DNA of 64,000 nucleotides from Lachnospiraceae bacterium (GTDB lineage: Bacteria; Bacillota; Clostridia; Lachnospirales; Lachnospiraceae). The position numbers were made by a program, and so were the translations under genes. The notes below the pieces were generated by a model. That model was not told where the DNA came from. It worked only from the letters and a program-made list of their open reading frames with translations, and searched no databases. This document shows positions 47,612 to 57,900 of this stretch, one piece after another. Each line of letters begins with the position of its first letter. The stretch's first letter is position 1. The stretch spans positions 243 through 64,242 of the forward strand of contig JAGAPO010000014.1 in the NCBI GenBank assembly GCA_017623215.1, given 5' to 3'.

Positions 47612-47640
47612 ATATTACATCATTATTCCGGTTTTGTCAA
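47612..47640 (-). promoter_or_regulatory. Putative promoter of the cysK leader transcript
   Basis: Minus strand: TTGACA (47640-47635), 17 nt spacer, TAATAT (47617-47612). Confidence 0.55.
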
Positions 47641-47766
47641 CCCTTTTTTTCCCTTTTCATACATCAGGAGAAGCACCCTCAACCGATTCCCTTGAGTGGC
47701 GCTTCTCCTGATGTTAGAACCCTTTTTTCTGCTTTTTATGTCTTTTCGTTTTTACTTTCCTGCTTT

Positions 47767-50406
47767 TTATTTCCCTGCTTTCTTTCCCTTCCTGCTCTCA
47801 TGCTGAATCAATCCAACCGCCTTGGAGACTTCCATCACCACCAGCGGTACCAGGCTTAATCCCAGTCCGGCCAGATACAGCCGGCCCGGAAGCACAATCA
47901 TTCCGAATGCGATTCTCACCGGCGTAAATACAACCAGCGCTACGAGTACAACGGACAGCAGGCAGGCTCCGTTCAGCTTTTTGTTGGTGAACGGGCCAAT
48001 CTTAAATAACGAATGATCGGAACGCATATTGTACGCCTGCACTACCTGCGATAAAGCAAGCACTATGAATGCAAGGGTCTGGCCTCCCGCGGCCTCACCG
48101 GCTATATTTGCACCAAGACGGTAGGCAATCAGAGAAAGCAGACCGAACATGCAGCCCTGCAGCACGACTCGGATGCCAAGACCGTTTGCAAAGATTCCTT
48201 CCTCCTTTGGCTTCGGCTTCTGATCCATGATATCCTTCTCAACCGCCTCCATACCGAGTGCAACCGCCGGAAGGCTGTCCGTCACCAGGTTGATCCATAA
48301 AAGCTGCATGGATAACAGCGGCGTCTCTCTCCACAGAATCATTGCGAAAAATACCGTAAGTACCTCGCCGATATTCGTTCCGAGCAGAAACCCGACTACC
48401 TTTTTGATATTTGCATAGATACCGCGGCCCTCGCGGACTGCGTCAACGATCGTCGCAAAATTATCATCCGTCAGCGTCATATCCGCGGCGCCCTTCGCAA
48501 CGTCAGTTCCGGTAATTCCCATTGCGCAGCCGATATCTGCCGCTTTCAGAGCGGGCGCGTCGTTAACACCGTCACCGGTCATCGAGACAACCTCACCCTT
48601 CTTCTGCCAGGCTTTTACGATTCGGATCTTATTCTCCGGCGATACCCGCGCATATACGGATATCTCTTTTACCTGCTTTTCGAGCTCTCCGTCACTCATG
48701 GCATCCAGCTCGGCTCCCGTAATCGCACGGTCGCCCTCCTGCATGATTCCAAGCTGCTTTGCAATCGCAGATGCGGTTACCACGTGATCGCCCGTTATCA
48801 TAACCGGACGAATTCCGGCCTTGCGGCAGACCTTAACGGCTTCTGCAGCCTCCGGACGAGGCGGGTCAATCATGCCCACAAGTCCGAGGAAGGTAAGTCC
48901 GTTCTCCAATTCCTCGGATGTCGGATTCTCAGGAACCGCAGGAATCTCTTTATAACCAATCGCGAGCACGCGCAGCGCGTTCGAGCTCATCTGATCATTT
49001 AATTCACGCGCTCTGTCCAGATTGCCGGATACGCAGCGGCTCATCATCATATCAAATGCACCCTTAACGATAACAACGTACCGGCCGTCCATCAGATTGA
49101 CCGTGGACATCAATTTGCGATCCGAATCGAATGGAATCTCCGCAAGACGGGGATGCTCTTTGTTCAAAGAATCCTTCGGCATTCCGTTCCGATGCGCGGC
49201 AAAGACAATCGCCGTCTCGGTCGGGTCTCCGATATGCTGCTCCGTATCCCCGTTAAATACAACCGAGCCATCACAGCACAGGGTTCCGTAGGTCAAAAGC
49301 TTCTTAATCTCCGCCGAATTATCCACTCCAATCTTCTCGGTTCCCGTCATCCCGTCCACATAGCCCTCTACCAGGGTCATGCGGTTCTGGGTCAGAGTAC
49401 CGGTCTTATCCGAGCAGATAACCGACGCACTGCCCAATGTCTCAACTGCCGGAAGTCTGCGGATAATGGCGTTCTTCTTAACCATGCGCTGAACGCCGAT
49501 GGACAGCACAATCGTTACGATCGCCGGAAGTCCCTCCGGAATCGCGGATACCGCAAGCGATACTGCTGTCATGAAAATCTCCATCACATGCATTCCGCTC
49601 ATAATTCCGACCACGAAGATAACCGCACAGGCAGCAAGCGCTACGAAGCCGAGGTATTTGCCAAGGCTGGCAAGCTTCTTCTGCAGAGGCGTCTGAGTAT
49701 CCGTCTCTCCCTCAAGGAGATTTGCGATCTTACCCATCTCTGTGTTCATTCCCGTCGCAGTAACAACTGCTGCCGCAGTTCCATAGGTAATACTGCAGCC
49801 CGAGAATACCATATTGGTTCGGTCACCGACTCCCGCATCCTCTTTTACCTCGGTCTCCGCATCCTTCTCGGACGGAACCGATTCTCCGGTCAGCGCGGAT
49901 TCTTCCGACTTCAGGCTGGCCGAACGAAGGAGTCTTGCGTCCGCCGGGATGAAATCACCGGCTTCCAGTCTGATAATATCGCCCGGAACCAACAGCGCGG
50001 CATCAATCACCTGCTCCTTACCGTCACGAATAACTCTTGCGTGCGGAGCCGATAGGCTTTTGAGCGCGTCAAGCGCTTTTTCCGCCTTGCTCTCCTGCAT
50101 CACGCCCATAATTGCATTCATGACGACAATCAGCAGAATCAATACCGGTTCAAAGAACTCTTTCGGTTCTCCTTCGTAGCAGGCTACCACGAACGAGACA
50201 ATCGCCGCGGCAATCAGGATCATAATCATGACATCCTTGAATTGCTCCAGGAACCTTTGCAGGTTCGTCTTCTTTTTCTTCTCTTTCAGCTTGTTCTCTC
50301 CGTATTCCGCAAGCCGCTTCTTTGCATCCGCTTCGGAAAGTCCGGTGCCCAGGCTGGTCTCAAGCGCCGTAAGCACTTCCGCTTTTTTTGCACTGTGGTA
50401 TAACAA
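47767..50406 (-). CDS. Calcium-translocating P-type ATPase (PMCA/SERCA-like, P2 type)
   Basis: [13 protein letters not shown] phosphorylation motif, [26 protein letters not shown]. 879 aa with about 10 TM helices. TTG start at 50406 with AGGAGG 10 nt upstream. Confidence 0.9.
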   Translation of the reverse strand: MLYHSAKKAEVLTALETSLGTGLSEADAKKRLAEYGENKLKEKKKKTNLQRFLEQFKDVMIMILIAAAIVSFVVACYEGEPKEFFEPVLILLIVVMNAIMGVMQESKAEKALDALKSLSAPHARVIRDGKEQVIDAALLVPGDIIRLEAGDFIPADARLLRSASLKSEESALTGESVPSEKDAETEVKEDAGVGDRTNMVFSGCSITYGTAAAVVTATGMNTEMGKIANLLEGETDTQTPLQKKLASLGKYLGFVALAACAVIFVVGIMSGMHVMEIFMTAVSLAVSAIPEGLPAIVTIVLSIGVQRMVKKNAIIRRLPAVETLGSASVICSDKTGTLTQNRMTLVEGYVDGMTGTEKIGVDNSAEIKKLLTYGTLCCDGSVVFNGDTEQHIGDPTETAIVFAAHRNGMPKDSLNKEHPRLAEIPFDSDRKLMSTVNLMDGRYVVIVKGAFDMMMSRCVSGNLDRARELNDQMSSNALRVLAIGYKEIPAVPENPTSEELENGLTFLGLVGMIDPPRPEAAEAVKVCRKAGIRPVMITGDHVVTASAIAKQLGIMQEGDRAITGAELDAMSDGELEKQVKEISVYARVSPENKIRIVKAWQKKGEVVSMTGDGVNDAPALKAADIGCAMGITGTDVAKGAADMTLTDDNFATIVDAVREGRGIYANIKKVVGFLLGTNIGEVLTVFFAMILWRETPLLSMQLLWINLVTDSLPAVALGMEAVEKDIMDQKPKPKEEGIFANGLGIRVVLQGCMFGLLSLIAYRLGANIAGEAAGGQTLAFIVLALSQVVQAYNMRSDHSLFKIGPFTNKKLNGACLLSVVLVALVVFTPVRIAFGMIVLPGRLYLAGLGLSLVPLVVMEVSKAVGLIQHESRKGKKAGK

Positions 50407-50701
50407 TCTGACATATCCTCCTTTTTATAATGTGGTTTCTCTTTGAGATGCTCTATAATATATCCTCGAAAGGTTATTTTCTCAAAGGGCAATTTTAAAA
50501 TCTGTCCATTTTTTGCTCATAAATGAATTATGTTACTTTTCCGGACAAATCGCTTCGTTTGTCCGGAACATATATTTTGATTGATTCATCAGAATCCTTC
50601 CTGTATAATAAGATATCATAACTGCACGCGGTTTATTCGAACCGTCCCGTGTTCCCGCCACATATCAGGGCGGTCCGTCATAGAACGAAAGGAGCGTCTC
50701 C

Positions 50702-50863
50702 ATGCCGGATTCCAATATCACGAAAAATACGCTGTCCAGAGCCGGGACTATACGTACCGCCGGACACGGACATCCGGCTTTCTCTTCTCCTAAAACGCCC
50801 CGGACGGCTCCGCAGGACGTCCCCCGCACAGATTCTCTTTCTTCCATCATACACGATAGATAA
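50702..50863 (+). CDS. Hypothetical 53-aa hydrophilic protein (speculative)
   Basis: AAGGAG lies 7 nt upstream of ATG 50702. Preceded by TTGATT-17 nt-TATAAT (50581-50609) and followed by a hairpin at 50870-50905. No recognisable family; the composition (P/T/S/R rich) is not strongly protein-like. Confidence 0.3.
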   Translation: MPDSNITKNTLSRAGTIRTAGHGHPAFSSPKTPRTAPQDVPRTDSLSSIIHDR

Positions 50864-50869
50864 CAGAAA

Positions 50870-50905
50870 GGGAAGGGGATAAAAATTCTTTTTTGTCCCC
50901 TTCCC
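50870..50905. terminator. Hairpin terminator downstream of the HAD gene (also closes the small + ORF)
   Basis: gggaaggggataaaaa / tttttgtccccttccc (16-bp stem, one mismatch). On the minus strand it is followed by TTTCTGTT. Confidence 0.6.
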
Positions 50906-50937
50906 GCTCTTAACAGGCTTATATCGCATTCCTTCGC

Positions 50938-51738
50938 TTACCGAATCAGCCCGAACTTCCGAAGGGCCTTTCCAATTCCGTCATCATCCCAGTTTACCGT
51001 CACATAATCCGCAAGCTTCAGGATTCGCTCGCTGCTGTTGCCCATCGCAATCTTAAGTGCTGCGGTCCGGAACATGGATAGATCATTGTTGCTGTCTCCA
51101 AAACATACCGTATCCTCCATCGGAACTGAAAGCTCCTCACACATCATGGCAATTCCGGACGCTTTCGAATACCCTAACGGCAGGAGCTCGATCGTCTTAC
51201 TCCCCATTCCGCTATCATGCCGAATCGGCTCCAGATACGGTGCCAGCTCCTCTAATGCCTTCTCCGGATCGCTCCCCGGCATCACTTTCGCGCTGATCTT
51301 ATTAATGTGCATCGAGTGCTCGTATCCGGTAATTGACCGGTATCGCTCTCCCAATATCTTCTTCGTCAGGCTGCAGAACCAATCTACCTCATCCGTGTAC
51401 TCGTCCTCATCGAAATACATATAATTCGTGCCTTCCATAACCGGAATCAGTCCATACTTTCGCAGAATGCACGCCGCCGTCCAGGCAAGCTCACAGTCCA
51501 GCTCCTTATCATGCAGCACCTTTCCTCCGTAAGACAAATACGTTCCCGCTCCCGCGACAATCCCCGTAAATCCAATCGACCGAATCTCCTCCGGAACAAA
51601 TGACCAGCTGCGCCCTGTACATAAGAATGCAAGGTGCCCATTCGCCATCAGATCCCGGATTGCCTTTCTTGTGTTATCCGGAACGCCCTTTTTTATATCT
51701 GCAATCGTTCCATCCGCGTCAAAAAATACTGCTTTCAT
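50938..51738 (-). CDS. Cof-type HAD-IIB family hydrolase
   Basis: MKAVFFDADGTI (motif I) and FGDSNNDLSMF (motif IV). Confidence 0.85.
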   Translation of the reverse strand: MKAVFFDADGTIADIKKGVPDNTRKAIRDLMANGHLAFLCTGRSWSFVPEEIRSIGFTGIVAGAGTYLSYGGKVLHDKELDCELAWTAACILRKYGLIPVMEGTNYMYFDEDEYTDEVDWFCSLTKKILGERYRSITGYEHSMHINKISAKVMPGSDPEKALEELAPYLEPIRHDSGMGSKTIELLPLGYSKASGIAMMCEELSVPMEDTVCFGDSNNDLSMFRTAALKIAMGNSSERILKLADYVTVNWDDDGIGKALRKFGLIR

Positions 51739-52167
51739 CCCAGTCTCCCTTCTGTCGCCGCTTCTTTATTCATTATAAGATTCGTGCAGCCTGTCTCATC
51801 TTTTAGTCATACGCATTATGCCATGATACTGCCAGAATGTCAAGAACCTTACTTTTCCGTTTTCTCCGTCACCGCCTTAGGCTTTGGACAGCGAGCATTT
51901 GGCTGCATCCGCTCCCCTTTCCTATCATTCAATCTGTCAAAAATTTCTTCGAAAAATGATTCACTTTTCACAAAAATAATTGCCGCCGAGTAAAAGGGAT
52001 TTCTTCGAAATGCTGTCATTTTTTTAGATATTCTATCCTCTCTGCTCCTGTTTCTAATCAGCCCCAACGCTGCGTTTCTACGCGGTATATGGGACCTAAC
52101 TTTGTTCAGAAATCGGGTTCCTTCCTCTTGTCACATCAGATGGTTTGATTTATAATAAAAGGAGAAG

Positions 52168-52759
52168 ATGCCTATGAAGCACAAAGACGACCCAATTACG
52201 GCTACCATGACGTATGAGCAGTTAAAGTGGATTGTTCCGGAATCAACCAGGAGACCGTTCGAAGTCACCCGGAATTCCTGCATCGGGATCTGCATGTGAC
52301 TAACACTGGCCTCCTTCTTCCCTCGCTTGTTGATATCGTCTATCTTGAGTTAGACAAGTGTCTTTCTCAATGGGCGGCTGGTGTCTGCCCGGAGGAATAT
52401 GCGGAACTTGCGCTTTGGCTGTGTGCAATCGCGGATGTTAACCATCCAGTCTGAAATCGGTCTTTGACCAGACCGCTGTCATGGAGTCTATCAGGTCTGA
52501 GCTCGCCTTAATGGCGATGGACAGAGAGGAGATGGCACAAATTATGTTTGAAAAATACGAAAAGGATGTTCGCTATAGCGAGATTCAGTGTGCGGAGCGG
52601 AAAGGGAAAGTCACTGGTAAAGCCGAGGGCAAAATCGAGGAACAGAACCGCTTCCGAATTTTAATCGAAAAGATGGTTCAGGATGCTATGTCGGATCAAC
52701 TCACGCAACTTTCAGACCCCTGCTTTCTGGAACAGATGTATAAAAAATATAAGCTGTGA
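52168..52759 (+). pseudogene. Fragmented PD-(D/E)XK transposase-like (Rpn/TIGR01784-type) gene remnant
   Basis: Three consecutive short frames: 52168-52299, 52227-52454 and 52481-52759. The last carries a family-like tail (ERKGKVTGKAEGKIEEQNRF), and VYLELDKC is seen in the middle frame. Weaker match than the remnant at 26686. Confidence 0.4.
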
Positions 52760-53081
52760 TGATATCTTGGTATCGGAAGGAATCACACCATCTCCCGGAG
52801 TTTAGGGATACCCACCAAAAGCTCTCACATATTTTTGATTCAATTAATTCCGGATATGCATTGGAACATATATTTCTTTGTATATCCGGGATATTTTCTG
52901 CTCTCCATCTTGTTTTTTGTTTTAATTTGAATTAGTTTCTTATATATCTTATATTTTATTTTTATATTAATAAGGAAGTATATTTTATTTTAAAATCAAA
53001 ACACCTCGTCTCCAAACTGATGATATCCTATACTCACAAACAACGAACACCAATCATATTTCATCATGAAAGGAGATTCCT

Positions 53082-54707
53082 ATGAATATGCACAAGAACA
53101 CCTCAACAAATCAGAAGTCGAACCAGACTTTCAGCCTTCCGCTCTCCACCAAGCGTTCACGCCGCGGAAGAAGAGCTTCCAAGCTTACCTCCCACATTCT
53201 TTCTCTGCTGCTTGCAATTCTGTTAACTTGCCCGATCCCATCCGGTGAAGGCGGGCTGCCGCTCAGTATGACCGCAAGCGCCGCAGGACAGGTCATTGCC
53301 GACGGCACTTACGCGATTTTACTTCACGACGATCAGAGCAAATGTCTCAACGACCTTTTCGCTTCGACCGCAGAAGACAAAGCACAGCTTGGGGTCGATC
53401 CCTTCAATCATGAATCCAACGAGATCTGGATTATCGTCAACCGCGGAGACGGCTATGTAACCATTTCTCCGAGCCACGCTCCGAACCTTTGCATCAATGC
53501 GCTGCTTGCAAATAAGACACCCGGCGATTATCTGACACTCCATGGCTGGACAGAAGGGGACGCCGCAAGTCTCTGGCTTCCCATCCGCAACTCTGACGGC
53601 AGCTATACCTTCCGCAACAAGGCGACAAATCTTGTTATTGACTGTAAGGACGGTTCCTATACAACGGGCAATAAGTTCTTAAGCTGGACGAAGAACGGCT
53701 ACGCCAGAGCACAGTCCTTCTATCTGAAGCAGCTTTCCGGCGGCTCAGATTCGGCTTCTTCTTCCCTGAAGAGCGGCACTTACGCGATTCTGCTCCATGA
53801 CGACCAGAGTAAATGCCTCAACGACCTTTTTGCTTCGACCGTGGAAGACAAGGCTCAGCTCGGTGTCGATCCCTTCAATCATGAGGCGAACGAGATCTGG
53901 ATCATTACCGTGCGCGACAACAATTATGTAACCATTTCTCCGAGCCACGCTCCGAACCTTTGTATCAATGCGCTGCTCGCGAACAAGACCCCCGGTGATT
54001 ATCTGACACTTCATGGCTGGACGGAAGGGGACGCTGCAAGTCTCTGGCTTCCCATTCTGAACGCTGACGGCAGCTATACCTTCCGCAACAAAGCGACAAA
54101 TCTTGTTATTGACTGCAAGGATGGTTCCTATACAACGGGCAATAAGTTCTTAAGCTGGACAAAGAACGGCTACGCCAGAGCACAATCCTTCTATTTGAAG
54201 GAAGTCACTGTCGACACCTGGGTATACCCGATGACCAATACCTATGTCTGCGGAAATGACTGGTCCGAGTATTACTCCCCCCGCGCAAAGGCAGGCCGTC
54301 CCGATCACGTCGGTATTGACATTGCCTCTTCCTCTGGCAGTACCGCAATATGCGCTGCAGCGGACGGATATGTAGAAAGTGTCGGCACGAACTCAAGCAA
54401 CGGCAAATACGTGATTATCCGCCATACCCTGAACGGCAAAACCGTGTACTCCTTCTACGCGCATTTATCCAAGATTACCGTATCGGCAAGGACTACCGTG
54501 TCGAAAGGCACACAGGTCGGCGTCCTTGGCGGAAGCGGTTCTTCCTCTGACGGCACTCACCTGCATTTTGCAGTCACGGATACTCTGTGGAGCAACGGCG
54601 GTTACTATGGTTATGTGTCCAGCTTCAGTGGAAATAAGGTGACGTACGGCGGCGTAACTTTTTATAATCCGCATTATGTAGTAGAGCATAACGCGCTGCC
54701 GAACTAA
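53082..54707 (+). CDS. Secreted protein: two ricin-type beta-trefoil lectin-like modules plus a C-terminal M23 metallopeptidase
   Basis: Signal-peptide-like N-terminus (KLTSHILSLLLAILLTCPIP). Two modules of about 142 aa with near-identical sequence. M23 motifs PDHVGIDI and GTHLHFAV. AAAGGAGA upstream of ATG 53082. Confidence 0.8.
   Translation: MNMHKNTSTNQKSNQTFSLPLSTKRSRRGRRASKLTSHILSLLLAILLTCPIPSGEGGLPLSMTASAAGQVIADGTYAILLHDDQSKCLNDLFASTAEDKAQLGVDPFNHESNEIWIIVNRGDGYVTISPSHAPNLCINALLANKTPGDYLTLHGWTEGDAASLWLPIRNSDGSYTFRNKATNLVIDCKDGSYTTGNKFLSWTKNGYARAQSFYLKQLSGGSDSASSSLKSGTYAILLHDDQSKCLNDLFASTVEDKAQLGVDPFNHEANEIWIITVRDNNYVTISPSHAPNLCINALLANKTPGDYLTLHGWTEGDAASLWLPILNADGSYTFRNKATNLVIDCKDGSYTTGNKFLSWTKNGYARAQSFYLKEVTVDTWVYPMTNTYVCGNDWSEYYSPRAKAGRPDHVGIDIASSSGSTAICAAADGYVESVGTNSSNGKYVIIRHTLNGKTVYSFYAHLSKITVSARTTVSKGTQVGVLGGSGSSSDGTHLHFAVTDTLWSNGGYYGYVSSFSGNKVTYGGVTFYNPHYVVEHNALPN
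53304..54201 (+). repeat. In-frame tandem duplication (period 471 nt) encoding the two lectin-like modules
   Basis: 53304-53730 aligns base for base with 53775-54201. Scattered substitutions are mostly synonymous transitions. Confidence 0.85.
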
Positions 54708-54776
54708 GCATTTTGAACGCACCAAATTTCATACCATGTTTTTTCCTAATTATATAGATTCCTCCTCTTGAAGAGA

Positions 54777-54824
54777 AAGAGCTCCAAAGGTTGATGTGAC
54801 TGACCCTTGGAGCTCTTTCCTTTC
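54777..54824. terminator. Bidirectional terminator between the lectin-M23 gene and the kinase-NACHT gene
   Basis: aaagagctccaa / ttggagctcttt 12-bp perfect stem, followed by CCTTTCC. Confidence 0.6.
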
Positions 54825-54918
54825 CGACTTCTTCTGCGGCTCTTCGGATGTCCATTCTCTCTCCGTATGTCCCTCCCGTCTTCTTCTGCTCCGGCCCCAC
54901 CGCAGCCTCCCGTACCGC

Positions 54919-57900
54919 TCATTTCGGCTTTTTTCTATTCCTGTGAAGGTTGAACATCACAACCCTTATTAGGGTGGACCAGTTATGGAACCAGAGCTCA
55001 TCCATCTCCATCAGTCTTCTTATCATAGAGTGGCTGCAGAACTCTGCGTATTCCGGCTCCGGCTTTTTCCACACCTCTCCGTCTTCTTCATACTCGGTCT
55101 CTTCCTCCGGCAGATCCAGTGCTGTTCTCATTCCTCTTGCCTGCCGAAGCCACCGCATCGCTGTCTCATGATCTTTTTCCACCGCAAATCCCAGTTCATA
55201 ACACATCCCGATCAGCTTCTGCATTTCCACGTTTCCGAATTCAGCGCACAGTTCCATCCAGCCCGTTTCCTCCTGAAAATATTCTGACCGAACCGTAAGA
55301 AGAATATTACCGGGCAGCCAAAAGGCCTGGCCCGCACAAATATCCCTGTGCCTGTTCAGGAACTCCCGCAGTTCCCTGCTTAACTCGTCTGGCTGCCAGA
55401 TACGAACAAATCTGTCATTATCCATGGTATGCTCCATCAGTCCGCGCCATATTTCGGCAATTCTTGGAGGCCAGGCGTGATTCATACGCACAAGCGGTCT
55501 GGGATCGTCTTCTTCCAGCGCACTCTGCAGGCCCTCTGCAATCCACATTCCTGCGAAATAGTCCATGTAACAGTCGTGTACGAACCGGTAGTTCTCGTCT
55601 CCGTCATAATCCAGAATCGCAAGTCGGCGCACACATACATCCAGAATCTCGGCGAATTTCCACAGCAGAAGACGGCGGTTCCCGCAGGCTTCCCTTACCC
55701 AGCTTTCCAGCTCCTGCTCCGTATGTACCGCCTGATCCGATATCAGATAGTGATATCCGATAACCGGGAGATATTTTTCCAGAATCTGATGAATGTTCCT
55801 GCCCGTATCCCCGTATTCGTATTCTGCGAAATAGATGCTTAAAAGCTCCGCTGCGCTATTGGGTATTTCGTCGTAGTCGTCATAGTCTTCCTCATAATCG
55901 TCCTCTTCGCCGACTTCCTTTCCGACCTCGTCCTCTTCGCTGGCTTCCTCTTCGTCTTTCTCCCAATCGCCGCCGCAATCCTCTGATTTTTTCGCATAAT
56001 ACCGATCCGAGCCCGCCAGAATCTCCAGATAGCGCATCAGGAACAGAGGGAGCTTCAGCGTGTCATACTGCTGCCCAAGCCGTGCAAGCTCACGCCAATC
56101 CAGCCTTCGGTTCAGCGTCTGCTCCACTGCGCTTTGAATCTGCTCTTTGGTAAGCGGTACAATCCGAATTCGACATTCCGGCCGCAGCATTCTGACATAG
56201 GGCAGCGGCTCGTTACAGGACAGCGGCCGCAGCTGCTCCATGCCGAACTCCATGCTCCCCAATCTCTGTGGATCCTCCTCGCGGCCCGAGACAAGAATCC
56301 AGGTCCCTTTGTAGGTACGATCGGCGTGGTCGAGCGCGGCAAGTGCCTTCGCGTATATTTTTTCGGATACCTTATGCAGATTATCGAGCGCCAGAAAGAA
56401 ACGCGTCTCCCTGGCTTCTTTTACCTCCGTTCCTTCCGATAATAGACTCTCGATTTCTTCGCATATCTTCTCGTCCGCCGTATCCAGATATTGTACGGCA
56501 AGCATCCTCGCAATCGCCCGCTCCGGTGAGCCGGCCTCTTTTAGAAGCTTCTCCGTGAAGCCCAGCATATCCAGATAAAGCGGAATGCGTTTCCCGCTCT
56601 CCAGATACTCGCAGAATAACTCGGAGACCGCAAAGCTTTTGCCGCCTCCGCCGGGCGCCTGCAAATACCGGTTCGCGTTTGCCGGTTCTTCTCCCCACGT
56701 TTCGTCCAGTTCCAAACCTTCCAGCCCTCCCCATTCCTCTTCCTTAGGGGCCGCCTGCGCGTTCTCCGGAGCAAGTCTGCGCAGCAATTCTCCTACCGGA
56801 ATCGCCTCGCCCTCTTCCTGCTCCGCATCCTCTTCCTGCTCCGCATAAATCGTCAGCCGTCTCACCGCCAGCTCTTTTGTCAGTCCCGGCTGATGCTCCG
56901 TCGCGAACAGCTGGCGATTCTTCTTATAATAACGGATGGATGCTTCCCACAGATGCTCCGCCGTCACTCCCTTCGATAGTTTGAGCTTCCTTACCCGGTC
57001 AAATGTGCGAAGTGCCTCTCTCATCTCCCCGGCGTCCGCGTAACGCTCCTTCGGATCGTTGGCAAGCGCCTTTTTCAGAATCCGGTTCAGCATCCATTTT
57101 TCCGCAGAATCACAGCCAAGCCGTTCCGCCTGCCGTTCTGACAAGAGCTTTTCCTTCGGATGCAGCATCAGGAATTCCGTCATCTCCTCTTCTCCGAGTT
57201 CGATAAGCTCATCTTCTTTCCCTGTCAGCAGATTCAGAAGCAAAAATCCAAGCGACCACACATCGCATGCCGGCGACATTCGAAAATCCGCTCCCCGCTC
57301 CAAAAGCTCCGGTGCCCGATAGCCGTCCGTTGAGAAGATTTCATCTGTGATAATCTCTGTGTATCTTCCGTCCGTCAGTCTCCTTGCCGAACCGAAATCA
57401 ATAATATGAGCGGTTCCGGAGAACACCCCCGCCTCTCCCGCGCGGTTTCCCAACAGAAAGATATTATCGGCCTGGCAGTCCCCGTGAATATATCCGTCCT
57501 CGTGAAGCGCCGCGTAGGCGTCAAGGACCGTATGCATGATTAACACTGCAGTATCCAGGGGCAGACCTTCTCCCTGCGCCGTTTTCCCTTCTCTGCGATA
57601 CCGTCCCGCCGTGATTCCCTTCTCCGTCAGACTCTCCATCCGGGCATAGCTGTTCGTTACCGCCGGGTACACGGTTCCGTCCGGCAGGCAGATATTCGCC
57701 TGCTCATAGACCGGAGACTGAATTGGAATCACCTGATAATTCTTCCGGCTCGCCATCTGACCGAACGCTGCCTCCTGTGTGCATAGCTGCTCCTTTCGCT
57801 TTCCAAGTGCCGAGGCACGCACCCGGCAAAGCGCTTCCGAACCATCCGGAACGATTTCCCCGTTCACACGCTGGTACCCTTCTGCCGGATATATCTCCTT

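Noticed and set aside
51849-52067. 72-aa minus-strand ORF between the HAD gene and the transposase-like remnant
   Set aside because: It has a TTG start with no RBS, its internal ATG also lacks an RBS, and no family resemblance was seen. Probably non-coding.
53304-54201. Template/variable-repeat pair of a diversity-generating retroelement
   Set aside because: The differences between the two copies are not adenine-specific (mostly C/T and A/G third-position changes in both directions). Both copies are in-frame parts of one gene, and no reverse transcriptase is nearby.
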